DNA from: a virus
Lineage: Duplodnaviria > Caudoviricetes
Virus record (IMG/VR): IMGVR_UViG_3300028805_003982
Reading direction: 5' to 3' (one strand)
DNA length: 64,000 nucleotides
Shown here: positions 1 through 8,936 of the stretch, piece after piece
How positions within the stretch are numbered: the first letter of the stretch is position 1
Layout: each line of letters begins with the position of its first letter
Notes under the pieces: generated by a model
What the model was told of the DNA's origin: nothing
The model's input: the letters and a program-made list of their open reading frames with translations, nothing else
The model's database searches: none
Program-made: the position numbers and the translations under genes

Positions 1-675
1 CTTAAGTACGATACCATGAAGGCCATAAATCCTGATTATGCCTGCTGGCTCAAGATAAACGGGACCGGGCAGGAATACCCGGTTTGCGTTAACCTGGAAG
101 GCTCTTCATATTATTACTTAAATCACAGTTTTAAAAGGAAGCCCTTGGGCGCCGGTTGTCTCTTTATCGATCCGGGATCTTCGGTCGATTGCGATAATCT
201 TATAATATACGGACATCACATGAGAAACGGTACGATGTTCGGCAGCTTGGGTAAGTTCTTGAAAGAGGAATGGACCCGTGACGGCAATAACAGCCTTATC
301 GAAGTATTTACGGAGACAGAGCACCGTTATTATGAAGTTGTTTGTGTATTAACGGCAAGTGTTTATAAAATGCCTTTCAGCATTACCGGGTATACAGATC
401 TTTCTGATTATAATGATAATGTTGCGTTTGGCAACCTGCTCCGTAAGCATTCACAGATCAACATGGATTGGAAAATAGGTGACAACGGTTTTGAGCCTAA
501 TCCCAATCTGTTTACTCCGGGTGTGTATAAAGACCGGTTCTTAACACTTATTACTTGTGAATATACACATCGTAACGGCAGGGAAGTAGTCATAGCAAGG
601 GAGCTTTACAGACCGATGTGGACGGCGGAAGAAATGATGCAGTCTGCCGCGCAATCCGAGGCGATTTCTGAATAA
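1..675 (+). CDS. srtB: Class B sortase (5'-truncated by window edge)
   Basis: Frame open from base 1; INPD..W, YPV, IIYGHHM..GTMFGSL, LITC and GR catalytic His/Cys/Arg motifs. Confidence 0.9.
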   Translation, partial: LKYDTMKAINPDYACWLKINGTGQEYPVCVNLEGSSYYYLNHSFKRKPLGAGCLFIDPGSSVDCDNLIIYGHHMRNGTMFGSLGKFLKEEWTRDGNNSLIEVFTETEHRYYEVVCVLTASVYKMPFSITGYTDLSDYNDNVAFGNLLRKHSQINMDWKIGDNGFEPNPNLFTPGVYKDRFLTLITCEYTHRNGREVVIARELYRPMWTAEEMMQSAAQSEAISE

Positions 676-729
676 AGGAGCCGTGTTTTCCTAATAAAAG
701 ATAACAAGGACGAAAAATGACGTTATAAT
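674..729 (+). promoter_or_regulatory. Class A promoter motif, copy 1 (upstream of large ncRNA)
   Basis: AAAGGAGCCGTGTTTTCCTA-ataa-AAGAT-N19-GTTATAAT; same spacing as copies at 2815 and 45048; TATAAT at 724-729. Confidence 0.75.
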
Positions 730-742
730 AGTTGTACTCGAT

Positions 743-756
743 TGAACTTTGAAAAC
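743..756 (+). promoter_or_regulatory. rrn-type boxA antitermination-like element
   Basis: TGAACTTTGAAAAC resembles Firmicute rRNA-leader boxA (GTTCTTTGAAAA), lying just after the predicted start site. Confidence 0.6.
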
Positions 757-1370
757 CTAATAATCATCAGGATAGCAGTGCATACACGTTATCTCGGTGT
801 AGAGGGGCTTATCACCCTGCCGAGACGCTGCCGGATCAGAAGAGAAGCTTTTAAGGATACTTTCCAGTTTCTCAAGCGTGCTGAACGTGAGCTTAGCACC
901 TCGTCATAGCAATGGCGTTGGCAGGCGGCGGTATGTACTGTGTGATGTTGGCGTGAACTGCTGGTGGCCGATGTAATAGACGCCAGCTCGAAAGGCTGGA
1001 AGAATCCGAATGCCCTAAGGCCGGTAACCTTAGGCACCTTTCGGAAATACCAAACAAGTCGGTTTGCCGTGAGACTGCGGAAACGCAGAGTATAACATCA
1101 GCAGGCTTCGTAAGTAGCCCAAGGCAGCAAGAACTTCAGATAATGATATTACATTTGCGAAATGTGATAGGAATTTTTCTGAATGATATGGGTGAAAGCT
1201 GGGGGTATCAATCCCTTACAGGCTCGGGCGATATCAGCCTGCGCAAGAAGGACGGTGTAGCTGACCGTTTCTCAGACTTGCGTACCTGTCGGCGCGATAA
1301 ACCGTAGCACAGATAGTATGCTGAACAAAAGGCAAGCGTGTGTGTACTGTTATCCTGATGGTTGTCGGGT
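755..1370 (+). ncRNA. Large ornate structured ncRNA, most consistent with ROOL RNA
   Basis: 755-788 pairs with 1337-1370 (34 bp, one mismatch, several G-U pairs favouring the + strand); many internal helices (792-798/819-825, 943-949/1094-1100, 1035-1040/1275-1280, TGCCCTAAGG/CCTTAGGCA, CTGCG-GAAA-CGCAG) with GNRA-type loops; no credible ORF; promoter upstream and terminator downstream. Family name is from size and architecture only. Confidence 0.75.
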
Positions 1371-1476
1371 GGTATAATATACTGAAAACGAAAGACGGCC
1401 AAGGCTCTGAAAAACCAAAATAATTATGAATAGCCTTAAAGCGAATTGCGTGCACAAGGTCGTTTTAGTTGATATT

Positions 1477-1514
1477 ACAGACTCCGAAAGATCTTCTTTT
1501 GGGGTCTGTTTTTT
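1477..1514 (+). terminator. Rho-independent terminator ending the ncRNA unit
   Basis: ACAGACTCCGAAAGA-tct-TCTTTTGGGGTCTGT followed by a T-tract. Confidence 0.85.
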
Positions 1515-1555
1515 ATTTGGGGTTAATTACGGCCACGGAAAGGAAGGGGATAGGA

Positions 1556-2224
1556 GTGAGCAGCGATTTTGCGAGAATAAGAGCAGAGGTGCTTCAAGAC
1601 GTTGAGCTGAATCCGGATTATTATGAACTGTTGTCGGATCGGGCAGATATGATAGAGTTCATAGATAAGACAGATGGGATATTTGATTATCATTATGTTA
1701 TTACAGATACGGATGTAATAACCCCGGATTGGCTGAAAAGCAAGACTTTGGTTACTCCGGATGCCCGGGAGTTATTTAGAACAGATCTGTCGAACCTCTT
1801 TGAACTGGTGGATAAATACATCCCTAAAGAAGCATATCAGACATTGCAGGAATTGATATTTATCACTAATTCGGATGCGGATTATGAATATCTCTATAAT
1901 GATAGCGAACTTTATATCAGGAAATTACTGGAAGAACATGCCTTGCCGGATGAGGAACAATTGGGTTTGTCTTGGACCGCAGAAGGGGTAGTTATCATTA
2001 ATCTGGGGAAGATCGAGACTTCAGTCAAAGAGATGACAGAGGAAGGGGCTTTCGGTTCTACTCTGGAACGGGTTGTGTTGGATACCATTGCACACGAGTT
2101 CAGACATCTTCAGCAAACTAATCCGTATGTATCACAAGAGATCAAAGACACGTTCCTCGATGACATAGAGATAGATGCAGAGGTGTTTGCAAGAAATATC
2201 AACTATGGGGAGTTGGGATTATAG
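1556..2224 (+). CDS. Putative zincin-like metallopeptidase (HExxH)
   Basis: IAHEFRH followed by EIDAEVFA; GTG 1556 after a purine-rich SD (the track start at 1469 overlaps the terminator). Confidence 0.65.
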   Translation: MSSDFARIRAEVLQDVELNPDYYELLSDRADMIEFIDKTDGIFDYHYVITDTDVITPDWLKSKTLVTPDARELFRTDLSNLFELVDKYIPKEAYQTLQELIFITNSDADYEYLYNDSELYIRKLLEEHALPDEEQLGLSWTAEGVVIINLGKIETSVKEMTEEGAFGSTLERVVLDTIAHEFRHLQQTNPYVSQEIKDTFLDDIEIDAEVFARNINYGELGL

Positions 2225-2253
2225 AAACATCAAGAGAAAGCTGAGGTGTAAAT

Positions 2254-2496
2254 ATGAATCAGTTTGGACTTTATTTTATTGATACCAAGGAGTTTGTCAG
2301 CTGTGGCAGTTATGCACAGGCGTTTAAGATGTATCTGGACGTTCTATATAAGGCTATCGATGAAAGTTTCCTGTTGCCGGATAACGTGGGAATAGCGTAT
2401 TTCGTTCCTGAGCGTAACAGAATAGAACAAGTTGATATGCTTGGACGTGTGACAAGATCCGTTCTCATATCCAAGGAAGAGATCACGTTCAGTTGA
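2254..2496 (+). CDS. Hypothetical protein
   Basis: GAGGTG SD, 80 aa. Confidence 0.6.
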   Translation: MNQFGLYFIDTKEFVSCGSYAQAFKMYLDVLYKAIDESFLLPDNVGIAYFVPERNRIEQVDMLGRVTRSVLISKEEITFS

Positions 2497-2586
2497 AGGC
2501 TTTTGGCAATATGCTACAAAAACTGATTAAATGTCTTGGGATTTTTGTGCTATAATACCTACGAGAAATACTATAGGTATAACAAG

Positions 2587-2814
2587 ATGAGTCCTGAAGA
2601 TTATTTAGAGAAGTTTAGAATGCTTGCCAATCAAAAGGCTTTTATATGTCCGTCCACAGATCCGCTGTTGGCGGAGTCTTTGTGTGAAGAATGGAATGAA
2701 ACCGTTATGCAGGCAACAAAGGCGGGGCTGGCTCATAGCGAGATACGCAAGATATGGGAAGAAACGTCCTTTATAAAAGGTTCTCTTTTAGGGATTGACC
2801 GGAAATCCATGTAA
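2587..2814 (+). CDS. Small hypothetical protein, paralog of 14994-15203
   Basis: Shares WNET...K.GL....IWE...SFIK with the 14994 ORF; TATAAT at 2551-2556 upstream. Confidence 0.65.
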   Translation: MSPEDYLEKFRMLANQKAFICPSTDPLLAESLCEEWNETVMQATKAGLAHSEIRKIWEETSFIKGSLLGIDRKSM

Positions 2815-2870
2815 AAAGGTTCCGTATTTTCCTAGAGATAGACACATTATTAATTTTCTGCTGTTATATT
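2815..2870 (+). promoter_or_regulatory. Class A promoter motif, copy 2
   Basis: AAAGGTTCCGTATTTTCCTA-gaga-TAGAC-N19-GTTATATT. Confidence 0.7.
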
Positions 2871-2876
2871 ATAAAG

Positions 2877-2975
2877 TGTTACTATGCTACATGATTCCCA
2901 ACGAAGCAGATGTAGATGTAGTGGAATACTCCTTTTTAATTGATGGTCGGTGCCGGAAACGGCATCGATCTTTTT
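2877..2975 (+). ncRNA. Candidate ~100-nt small RNA with exposed anti-SD
   Basis: Hairpin (2880-2893/2910-2923), unpaired GAATACTCCTTTTT, then terminator GGTCGGTGCCG-GAAA-CGGCATCGATC-TTTTT. Confidence 0.55.
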
Positions 2976-2993
2976 ATGTTGAAGGGACAACGT

Positions 2994-3641
2994 ATGGATT
3001 GGTATGAGTTTGACAGTTTGGAAAGACAAAAAGAGTATTTTCCAGAGTTGCAGGCTGCTGTTGATTCCGAATACGGGCAGCACCTTTGCTATCCTTTAAG
3101 GGAAAATATCTATAATGCCTTTAAATTAACACCTGTTAGCAGTATCCGATGTGTGATACTTGGACAAGACCCGTATCACGGGCCGGGGCAGGCGACCGGA
3201 TTGGCTTTTTCGGTTCCGCATAGTTTCCCGTTGCCGCCGTCTCTTCGTAACATCTATAAAGAGATAGAAGCGGATACAGGTAAAAAGACGGTGAATCCTG
3301 ACGGGTGCCTTGAACCCTGGGCCTCTCAGGGTGTATTGCTCTTGAATTCATCTTTGTCGGTCAGGGCACACGAACCCGGGTCTCATGCAGATCTGGGGTG
3401 GGGGACCTATACCGATAATTTCATTAAGATGCTGGGCGCCTTGGACCAAGATATCGTCTATATGTTATGGGGTAAGTTCGCAAGGAGTAAAAAGCAGCTT
3501 ATAACAAACAAAAGGCAGTTGATCCTGGAAGCGCCTCACCCGTCTCTGTTTTCGGCAAACCGGGGATTTTTCGGATGCGGGCATTTCAGTAAATGTAATG
3601 AATATCTTGAATCAAAAGGTCAGAACAAAATAATCTGGTAA
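2994..3641 (+). CDS. ung: Uracil-DNA glycosylase family 1
   Basis: ILGQDPYH, GLAFSV, PPSLRNIYKE, WASQGVLLLN, LWG, HPS motifs; ATG 2994 after GAAGGGA. Confidence 0.95.
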   Translation: MDWYEFDSLERQKEYFPELQAAVDSEYGQHLCYPLRENIYNAFKLTPVSSIRCVILGQDPYHGPGQATGLAFSVPHSFPLPPSLRNIYKEIEADTGKKTVNPDGCLEPWASQGVLLLNSSLSVRAHEPGSHADLGWGTYTDNFIKMLGALDQDIVYMLWGKFARSKKQLITNKRQLILEAPHPSLFSANRGFFGCGHFSKCNEYLESKGQNKIIW

Positions 3642-3653
3642 AGGAGATTTTTA

Positions 3654-3845
3654 ATGTATCAGTACGAGGTCGCTAAACAAAAGGGAGGCAAGAACTATTT
3701 TTGTTATGAGGTCGGAGAGCAGCTGCCGATTAAAGGAACTTTCGGCGATAAGAAAAAAGTAATGAAGATTGCAGCCTCACTGAACGGCGTTTCGTACGCG
3801 GATTTTGTGAAAAACAGAAAAAACGGTTTTGATATAGAAAAATAA
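3654..3845 (+). CDS. Small basic hypothetical protein
   Basis: AAGGAG SD, 63 aa. Confidence 0.6.
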   Translation: MYQYEVAKQKGGKNYFCYEVGEQLPIKGTFGDKKKVMKIAASLNGVSYADFVKNRKNGFDIEK

Positions 3846-3900
3846 CGGGTGTAATACCTTTGGAGTAACCAAAAGGTATACCATTTGTAATCTAATTGTG

Positions 3901-4055
3901 ATATAAATAGTGTGTCGGGGAAGTATAAGTTAGACGAGATGTTTTGATGTAGTTTTTGGTCGTAATTGTAATTAGTGTACGCTTTGTTGTCAGATTTTGT
4001 TTTCCTTGATAATGATAAGTTACTTATAGGTTTTCCCCGGCACGTTTATTTATAT
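3901..4055. repeat. Imperfect ~30-bp inverted repeat enclosing a G/T-rich spacer
   Basis: ATATAAATAGTGTGTCGGGGAAGTATAAGT (3901-3930) pairs with ACTTATA..TTTCCCCGGCACG.TTATTTATAT (4022-4055). Confidence 0.7.
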
Positions 4056-4096
4056 AACCGCTTATGCGGGTATTAAATCTTAGTGGAGGTTAGATT

Positions 4097-5377
4097 ATGC
4101 ACAAATTCAAGAACTTTCTCGGCATACTGTGTGCTGTTGCATTGATGGCAGGCTCAGTATTCAGCGTATCTGCAGCCGAGATAGGAGAGGGCACCGCTGA
4201 GACCAATGATACGGAGATCCTGATCCCCAAGAGCATCAATGTCACAAATCCGGAGGACATTGAGGTTTGGACACCTGCGATCACGTATTCATATGAGATC
4301 AGAGGTGTTGAGAGCAGATTGGGTTCTACGGTAACTGATACGGAAGGCCGCAGGGTATCCGTAAGGCCTGGACCTGATGGCGGTGCAGTGTTGCCCACGG
4401 GCGTTGTTGAGTTTGACTCACAGAAGGTCATGGCAAACACTGCTGCCAACGAAGTTGAGGATAATCTTGTGGTTAATGTCGATCTCAGCAAGTTTGAACA
4501 GCCAGGCATTTATCGTTATGAGATCAAGGACGTAACAGACTTGGGTCTTCTCCGGGCAGCAGGTATCGAAAGAGCCGAAGATTATGATCTTATCAGATAT
4601 CTTGATGTTTATATCATCAGGGATCAGGATACGGGAAATCTTAAGGTTTCCGGCTACGCTTTGACTAACGGATATGTACTCGATCCCGAGCATACGGGGT
4701 ACCCGGTAATATCCATTGAAGCATGGGAGACCGACAAATCTTCAGGTTATGTACCACGGTCAGAGATCTTTGACGACTATACGTATGATATCGACGGCAC
4801 CGCACAGATGACCGATACGTATGATACGTATAACGTTAAGATTACTAAGCAGGTTACAGGCGATATGGGTGACACGTCTCACGAGTTCCCCTTCGTAGTT
4901 GATGTAACCGGACAGGATGAGATCAAGTACAGCCACGGTAAGTGCGCAGCAGATCAGGCAGATCCTGACATTACAGAAGATACTAATACAGATTCCATCA
5001 GCACAACGATGAAGAACACCGAGTATTACGTACTTCAGGGATTGTCCCCTCTGGCCACGGTTGCTGTTGAAGAGACCAACGACACTTATGACGGTTATAC
5101 AGTAACGGTAACTGACAAGGACGGAACTGAAGTAGTCCCCGCAACAGACGCTGTGGCCTTTAACGGCACGGTTAAAGTTGATGCCTTCCAGGTATCAGAC
5201 TACGAAACTCCGGATGTTGAGGCTTCTGCAAATGCCAAAGACGAGCTTACATACGACAATCATCTGGACAACGTATCTCCTACAGGCGTTATCCTTGCGT
5301 CAATGCCTTTCGTAGGCTTGGCAGGTGTTGGCGGCACGATGCTCGTTTTGGGCAAGAGAAAGAAAAAGGAAGACTAA
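4097..5377 (+). CDS. Backbone pilin (Spy0128/FCT-like), sortase B substrate
   Basis: Signal peptide, FEQPGIYRY motif, K/E/N isopeptide-type pattern, VSPTG + hydrophobic helix + basic tail. Confidence 0.85.
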   Translation: MHKFKNFLGILCAVALMAGSVFSVSAAEIGEGTAETNDTEILIPKSINVTNPEDIEVWTPAITYSYEIRGVESRLGSTVTDTEGRRVSVRPGPDGGAVLPTGVVEFDSQKVMANTAANEVEDNLVVNVDLSKFEQPGIYRYEIKDVTDLGLLRAAGIERAEDYDLIRYLDVYIIRDQDTGNLKVSGYALTNGYVLDPEHTGYPVISIEAWETDKSSGYVPRSEIFDDYTYDIDGTAQMTDTYDTYNVKITKQVTGDMGDTSHEFPFVVDVTGQDEIKYSHGKCAADQADPDITEDTNTDSISTTMKNTEYYVLQGLSPLATVAVEETNDTYDGYTVTVTDKDGTEVVPATDAVAFNGTVKVDAFQVSDYETPDVEASANAKDELTYDNHLDNVSPTGVILASMPFVGLAGVGGTMLVLGKRKKKED

Positions 5378-5380
5378 GTT

Positions 5381-5950
5381 ATGAGCGATGAACTTACGGG
5401 AGCTACAACTGATATGACAGAGGTTAACGCCCCCGGTAAGTGGAAGACCTTCTGGTCGTCCTGGGCAGATGAAATAAAGCGGTTAGTCCGCAATGTTTTT
5501 GTCGTCCTTGTCGGGCTCTGGATTATGTTCGGCTTTATAGTAGGAATCGGCAGGGTCGGTTCAGTCGAGATGTCCCCGACCGTGGGCTTGGGCGATATCG
5601 TAATGTATTCCAGACTCGACAAGGCACCCCGGACAAATGAGGTAATCGTTTTTGATATGGAAGCCTCCGAATGTATTGGCCGCGTAATCGCCGGACCCGG
5701 TGATAAGGTAGACATTTCCGAGCAAGGTCAGCTGTTCGTGAACGGCCATCTTGTTCAAGAGAGCAGGATCACAGATCCCACATATCCGTATCCTGAATAT
5801 GTTTCGTATCCTTTAACTGTAGCTCCTGACAACTATTTTGTTTTGGGGGATAACAGGAAGTCCGGTGTGGACAGCAGATATTACGGAACGGTTCCGAAAG
5901 ACCAGATCAAGGGAACACTTATAACACTTATCAGGCACAACAATTTTTAA
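5381..5950 (+). CDS. SipA/LepA-like signal peptidase I homolog (likely inactive pilus chaperone)
   Basis: S26 motifs GDNR..DSRYYG; catalytic Ser/Lys positions read E (VEMSPT) and G (IGRVI). Confidence 0.85.
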   Translation: MSDELTGATTDMTEVNAPGKWKTFWSSWADEIKRLVRNVFVVLVGLWIMFGFIVGIGRVGSVEMSPTVGLGDIVMYSRLDKAPRTNEVIVFDMEASECIGRVIAGPGDKVDISEQGQLFVNGHLVQESRITDPTYPYPEYVSYPLTVAPDNYFVLGDNRKSGVDSRYYGTVPKDQIKGTLITLIRHNNF

Positions 5951-5971
5951 GGTTAGAGAAAGGGAACAAAC

Positions 5972-7105
5972 ATGTCCTTAGCAGCATTTTTCAAATTGAG
6001 TAATCTTGCGACCAACGCGCTCGCTACAGTAACAGCGGTATCCGTTATCGGATTCTCCGGTTATATGGTGTACGACAACTACATGGCGCAGAATAAGGCT
6101 TATGGATATGATCTGTTATCTTATAAACCGTCTGTCGAAGAAAATACCATCTCAATGCAGGAGTTGTATGATCTGAACCCGGATATTTGCGGCTGGATCA
6201 CGATCGATGATACACATATAGATTATCCGATAGTTCATTCTGACGATGATCTGTACTATGTAAACAGAGACGCGACAGGTCAGCCTTCACTTACGGGTTC
6301 CATCTATCTGCAGGCTAAAAATGAATCGGATTTTACGGATTCTTACAATCTTTTGTATGGCCATCATGTTGACGGCGGCGCAATGTTCGGGGATCTTTCC
6401 CTGTTCCGTGACGCCGACTTCTTTAAGAAACATACTGAAGGTACTCTGATCACTTTGAATAAAGCGTATTCCATAGATATCATTGCTTGCGTCAGCACTA
6501 ATGCTTACTGTAAGTGCGTGTATGACAGGACTAAGCTTGACAAGGCTTCATACGAAGAGCTTATTGCAGACCCTGAAGTCTTTGTAATGAATCAGAATGC
6601 CCGCAGTTTGGATTCGGCAGTCAAGTATCTTGCTCTTTCAACCTGTTACGGTGTTTCGACTGACGGAAGAACCGTTGTCATCTGTAAGATCACTGAGATC
6701 CCTGTTCCGGTCGATCCGCCCAAGCCTGATCCTAAGCCTCCGAAGGTCGTTAAGACCGGTGAGACATACCAGGTAGGCTGGGGCATTATCAACGTAGCAG
6801 CAGTCTTTATGACTTTGCTTACTGCGGTTCCTTATCTTAAGTTCTTTAAGGACGATAAGAAGAAGATATACGCAAGGCTCGGTTTTGCGGCAAGCATCGT
6901 AGCTACTATATCCGCGGCACTCGTATTCTTTAGGGTGGAGGAACTGTCCGGAGCAATGATGATAACAGACAGATTTACTTTCATTTTCCTTTTGTTCTTC
7001 GGAGTTGCATTACTCGCAGAAGAACTGATAACCAAGGTTTACACAAAAAAGAACAAAAATAAAGGCATTTCCATTAAGGAGGAAAAAAGATCATGGGAAG
7101 TTTAA
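5972..7105 (+). CDS. srtB: Class B sortase with C-terminal 3-TM extension
   Basis: LYGHH, LSTC, GR; Pro-rich linker then three hydrophobic segments. Confidence 0.9.
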   Translation: MSLAAFFKLSNLATNALATVTAVSVIGFSGYMVYDNYMAQNKAYGYDLLSYKPSVEENTISMQELYDLNPDICGWITIDDTHIDYPIVHSDDDLYYVNRDATGQPSLTGSIYLQAKNESDFTDSYNLLYGHHVDGGAMFGDLSLFRDADFFKKHTEGTLITLNKAYSIDIIACVSTNAYCKCVYDRTKLDKASYEELIADPEVFVMNQNARSLDSAVKYLALSTCYGVSTDGRTVVICKITEIPVPVDPPKPDPKPPKVVKTGETYQVGWGIINVAAVFMTLLTAVPYLKFFKDDKKKIYARLGFAASIVATISAALVFFRVEELSGAMMITDRFTFIFLLFFGVALLAEELITKVYTKKNKNKGISIKEEKRSWEV

Positions 7106-8382
7106 AACTTAAGAGAGTGGCAACCCCTATTCTTGCAGCGGCCATTATGGCCAGTATGGCTTCGGTTTCATTTGCCGCAGACATTGGTGCGAACGGTATC
7201 GTTGAAACGTCGGATACGGCTATCAACATTCCTAAGTCGGTGACACTGTATAACGACGGATTTAACAAGTCCTATCTCCCGGCTATCACATTCAATTTCA
7301 CCATCGCTCCTGCGACATTGACCGAAGAGGTACACATTACTGACTCTAACGGTCATACCGTTGCAGTGCAGTCCGGTCCTGCAAATTCCATTTCCAATCC
7401 TACTGCAACCGCAGTATTTGAGGAACAGGAAGTCGTTGATACAGGTGCTACTCTTGACGAGACAGTAAGGAAGAACATGACTTGGAATGTTGATCTTACC
7501 AAGTTTACAAAGCCCGGTGTTTACCGTTATACGATCACTGACGTAACACCTATCTCTACTTTGTATGCTGCAGGCCTTGAGAGACCTTCGACATACGATA
7601 CGACAAGAGAACTTGATGTTTATATCAAGAGGGATGCTACTACAGGTAATCTCGTAGTTGGCGGATATACTCTCCACGATGACATCACCGGTGATATCAC
7701 TCCCGCAACCGAGAAGGACCCCGGCTTCGTGCCTGAGAGCTTCAACCCCGGTAACATTTCTAACGGATATGATACTTATACCACATATAACTATCAGGTT
7801 CAGAAGAACATTACCGGTGAAATGGCTGATCTGAGTCACAAGTTCCCGTTCGCAATATCTTTGAACGACGGCGGTTCCGTTGCAGGTCTTGACTATTACG
7901 GAGCAGCAGGTAACGCAACTCCTGCATACAGTAATGCAGCAACGATTAACACAACCCTTGGAAACAGTGATGTTTACCACGTTTACGCTCTTAATCCCAA
8001 GGCTTCTGTAAGTGTTGTCGAGACTAATGATACAAATGATTCATACGATCTTTATGTAACTACTGTTAATGCTTCCGGCAGTTCAACAGATGCTCAGGCT
8101 GAAGCGCTTGCCGCAGGTGCTGCATCAACAGCCAGAACAGGTAACGTATCAACATACGCTACAGCCAATTCAGCGTCCAACGTATCAGGCGAAGCTCAGG
8201 CCGATCTGCAGTCCAACGGTTTCAGAAATGACCTTCCCGGCATCATCACAACTGGCGTTGTACTGAAGTCTCTTCCTTTCGTAGCTCTTGCAGGTATCGG
8301 CGGTCTTATGTTTGCACTTTCCAGAAAGAGCAAGAAGAACAAGGTAGCAGAAGATATTCAGGGCGATTCTTCTGAGATGTAA
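7093..8382 (+). CDS. Backbone pilin (FCT-like)
   Basis: Paralog of 4097; FTKPGVYRY; IITTG sorting motif + TM + basic tail. Confidence 0.85.
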   Translation: MGSLKLKRVATPILAAAIMASMASVSFAADIGANGIVETSDTAINIPKSVTLYNDGFNKSYLPAITFNFTIAPATLTEEVHITDSNGHTVAVQSGPANSISNPTATAVFEEQEVVDTGATLDETVRKNMTWNVDLTKFTKPGVYRYTITDVTPISTLYAAGLERPSTYDTTRELDVYIKRDATTGNLVVGGYTLHDDITGDITPATEKDPGFVPESFNPGNISNGYDTYTTYNYQVQKNITGEMADLSHKFPFAISLNDGGSVAGLDYYGAAGNATPAYSNAATINTTLGNSDVYHVYALNPKASVSVVETNDTNDSYDLYVTTVNASGSSTDAQAEALAAGAASTARTGNVSTYATANSASNVSGEAQADLQSNGFRNDLPGIITTGVVLKSLPFVALAGIGGLMFALSRKSKKNKVAEDIQGDSSEM

Positions 8383-8423
8383 TTCAAAAAATAAATTAAA
8401 AAGGGGTTTAACAAGGTAACTTT

Positions 8424-8936
8424 ATGAAAGAAAAAATAATGGCGTTTTTCAAAAAATATGATGCACTTCCGCGTATATTCCTGAAACTGGCCATTTTCGC
8501 AACGCTTCTTTATATCGCATTCGGGTTCATAATAGGTGTTTCTATTATGAACTCGGACGATATGAAGCCTAATGTCAAATTAAGGGACATAGTTGTTTAT
8601 TCAAGGATAGATAAAGATTACCTGAACAGAACGGCCGTCGTGTACGAGGTTAACAATAACACGTTGGTCGGAAGAATCGTAGCTTTACCCGGCAGCCATG
8701 TGATCATTGATGAAAAAGGCAATGTTAACGTAGACGGTATTACGATCCAGGAAAGCGAAGTTTATATGAGTAAAAAGCAGGAAGGGTTCTCAACGGACGT
8801 AACATTAGGTCCTGATGAGTATTTCATTCTTGCAGACAACAGGCAGGTCGGTATCGACAGCAGATACGTAGGGCCTGTCAGTAGCAGCGCTATCAAGGGA
8901 GAAACCTTAATAATAATAAGAAGGTATGGTATATGA
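8424..8936 (+). CDS. SipA/LepA-like signal peptidase I homolog
   Basis: DDMKPN and VGRIV (D/G at the catalytic positions, as in S. pyogenes SipA), ADNR..DSRY. Confidence 0.85.
   Translation: MKEKIMAFFKKYDALPRIFLKLAIFATLLYIAFGFIIGVSIMNSDDMKPNVKLRDIVVYSRIDKDYLNRTAVVYEVNNNTLVGRIVALPGSHVIIDEKGNVNVDGITIQESEVYMSKKQEGFSTDVTLGPDEYFILADNRQVGIDSRYVGPVSSSAIKGETLIIIRRYGI

Noticed and set aside
755-1370. rRNA, tmRNA, RNase P or group I intron identity for the large RNA
   Set aside because: No rRNA signatures, no tRNA-like ends or tag ORF, no RNase P P4 consensus and no P7 core recognised by eye
789-1455. Minus-strand ORFs 789-1037, 1208-1402, 1234-1455
   Set aside because: No SD or recognisable motifs; they overlap a region much better explained as a + strand structured RNA
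1469-1555. Extended ORF starts from the track (also 2940, 12401, 15219, 43730, 62646)
   Set aside because: They run through terminators, promoters or upstream genes; downstream starts have better SD sequences
7168-7980. Long antisense ORFs (7168-7980, 12635-13240, 17943-18572 and others)
   Set aside because: Shadows of + strand genes produced by codon bias; no motifs or SD
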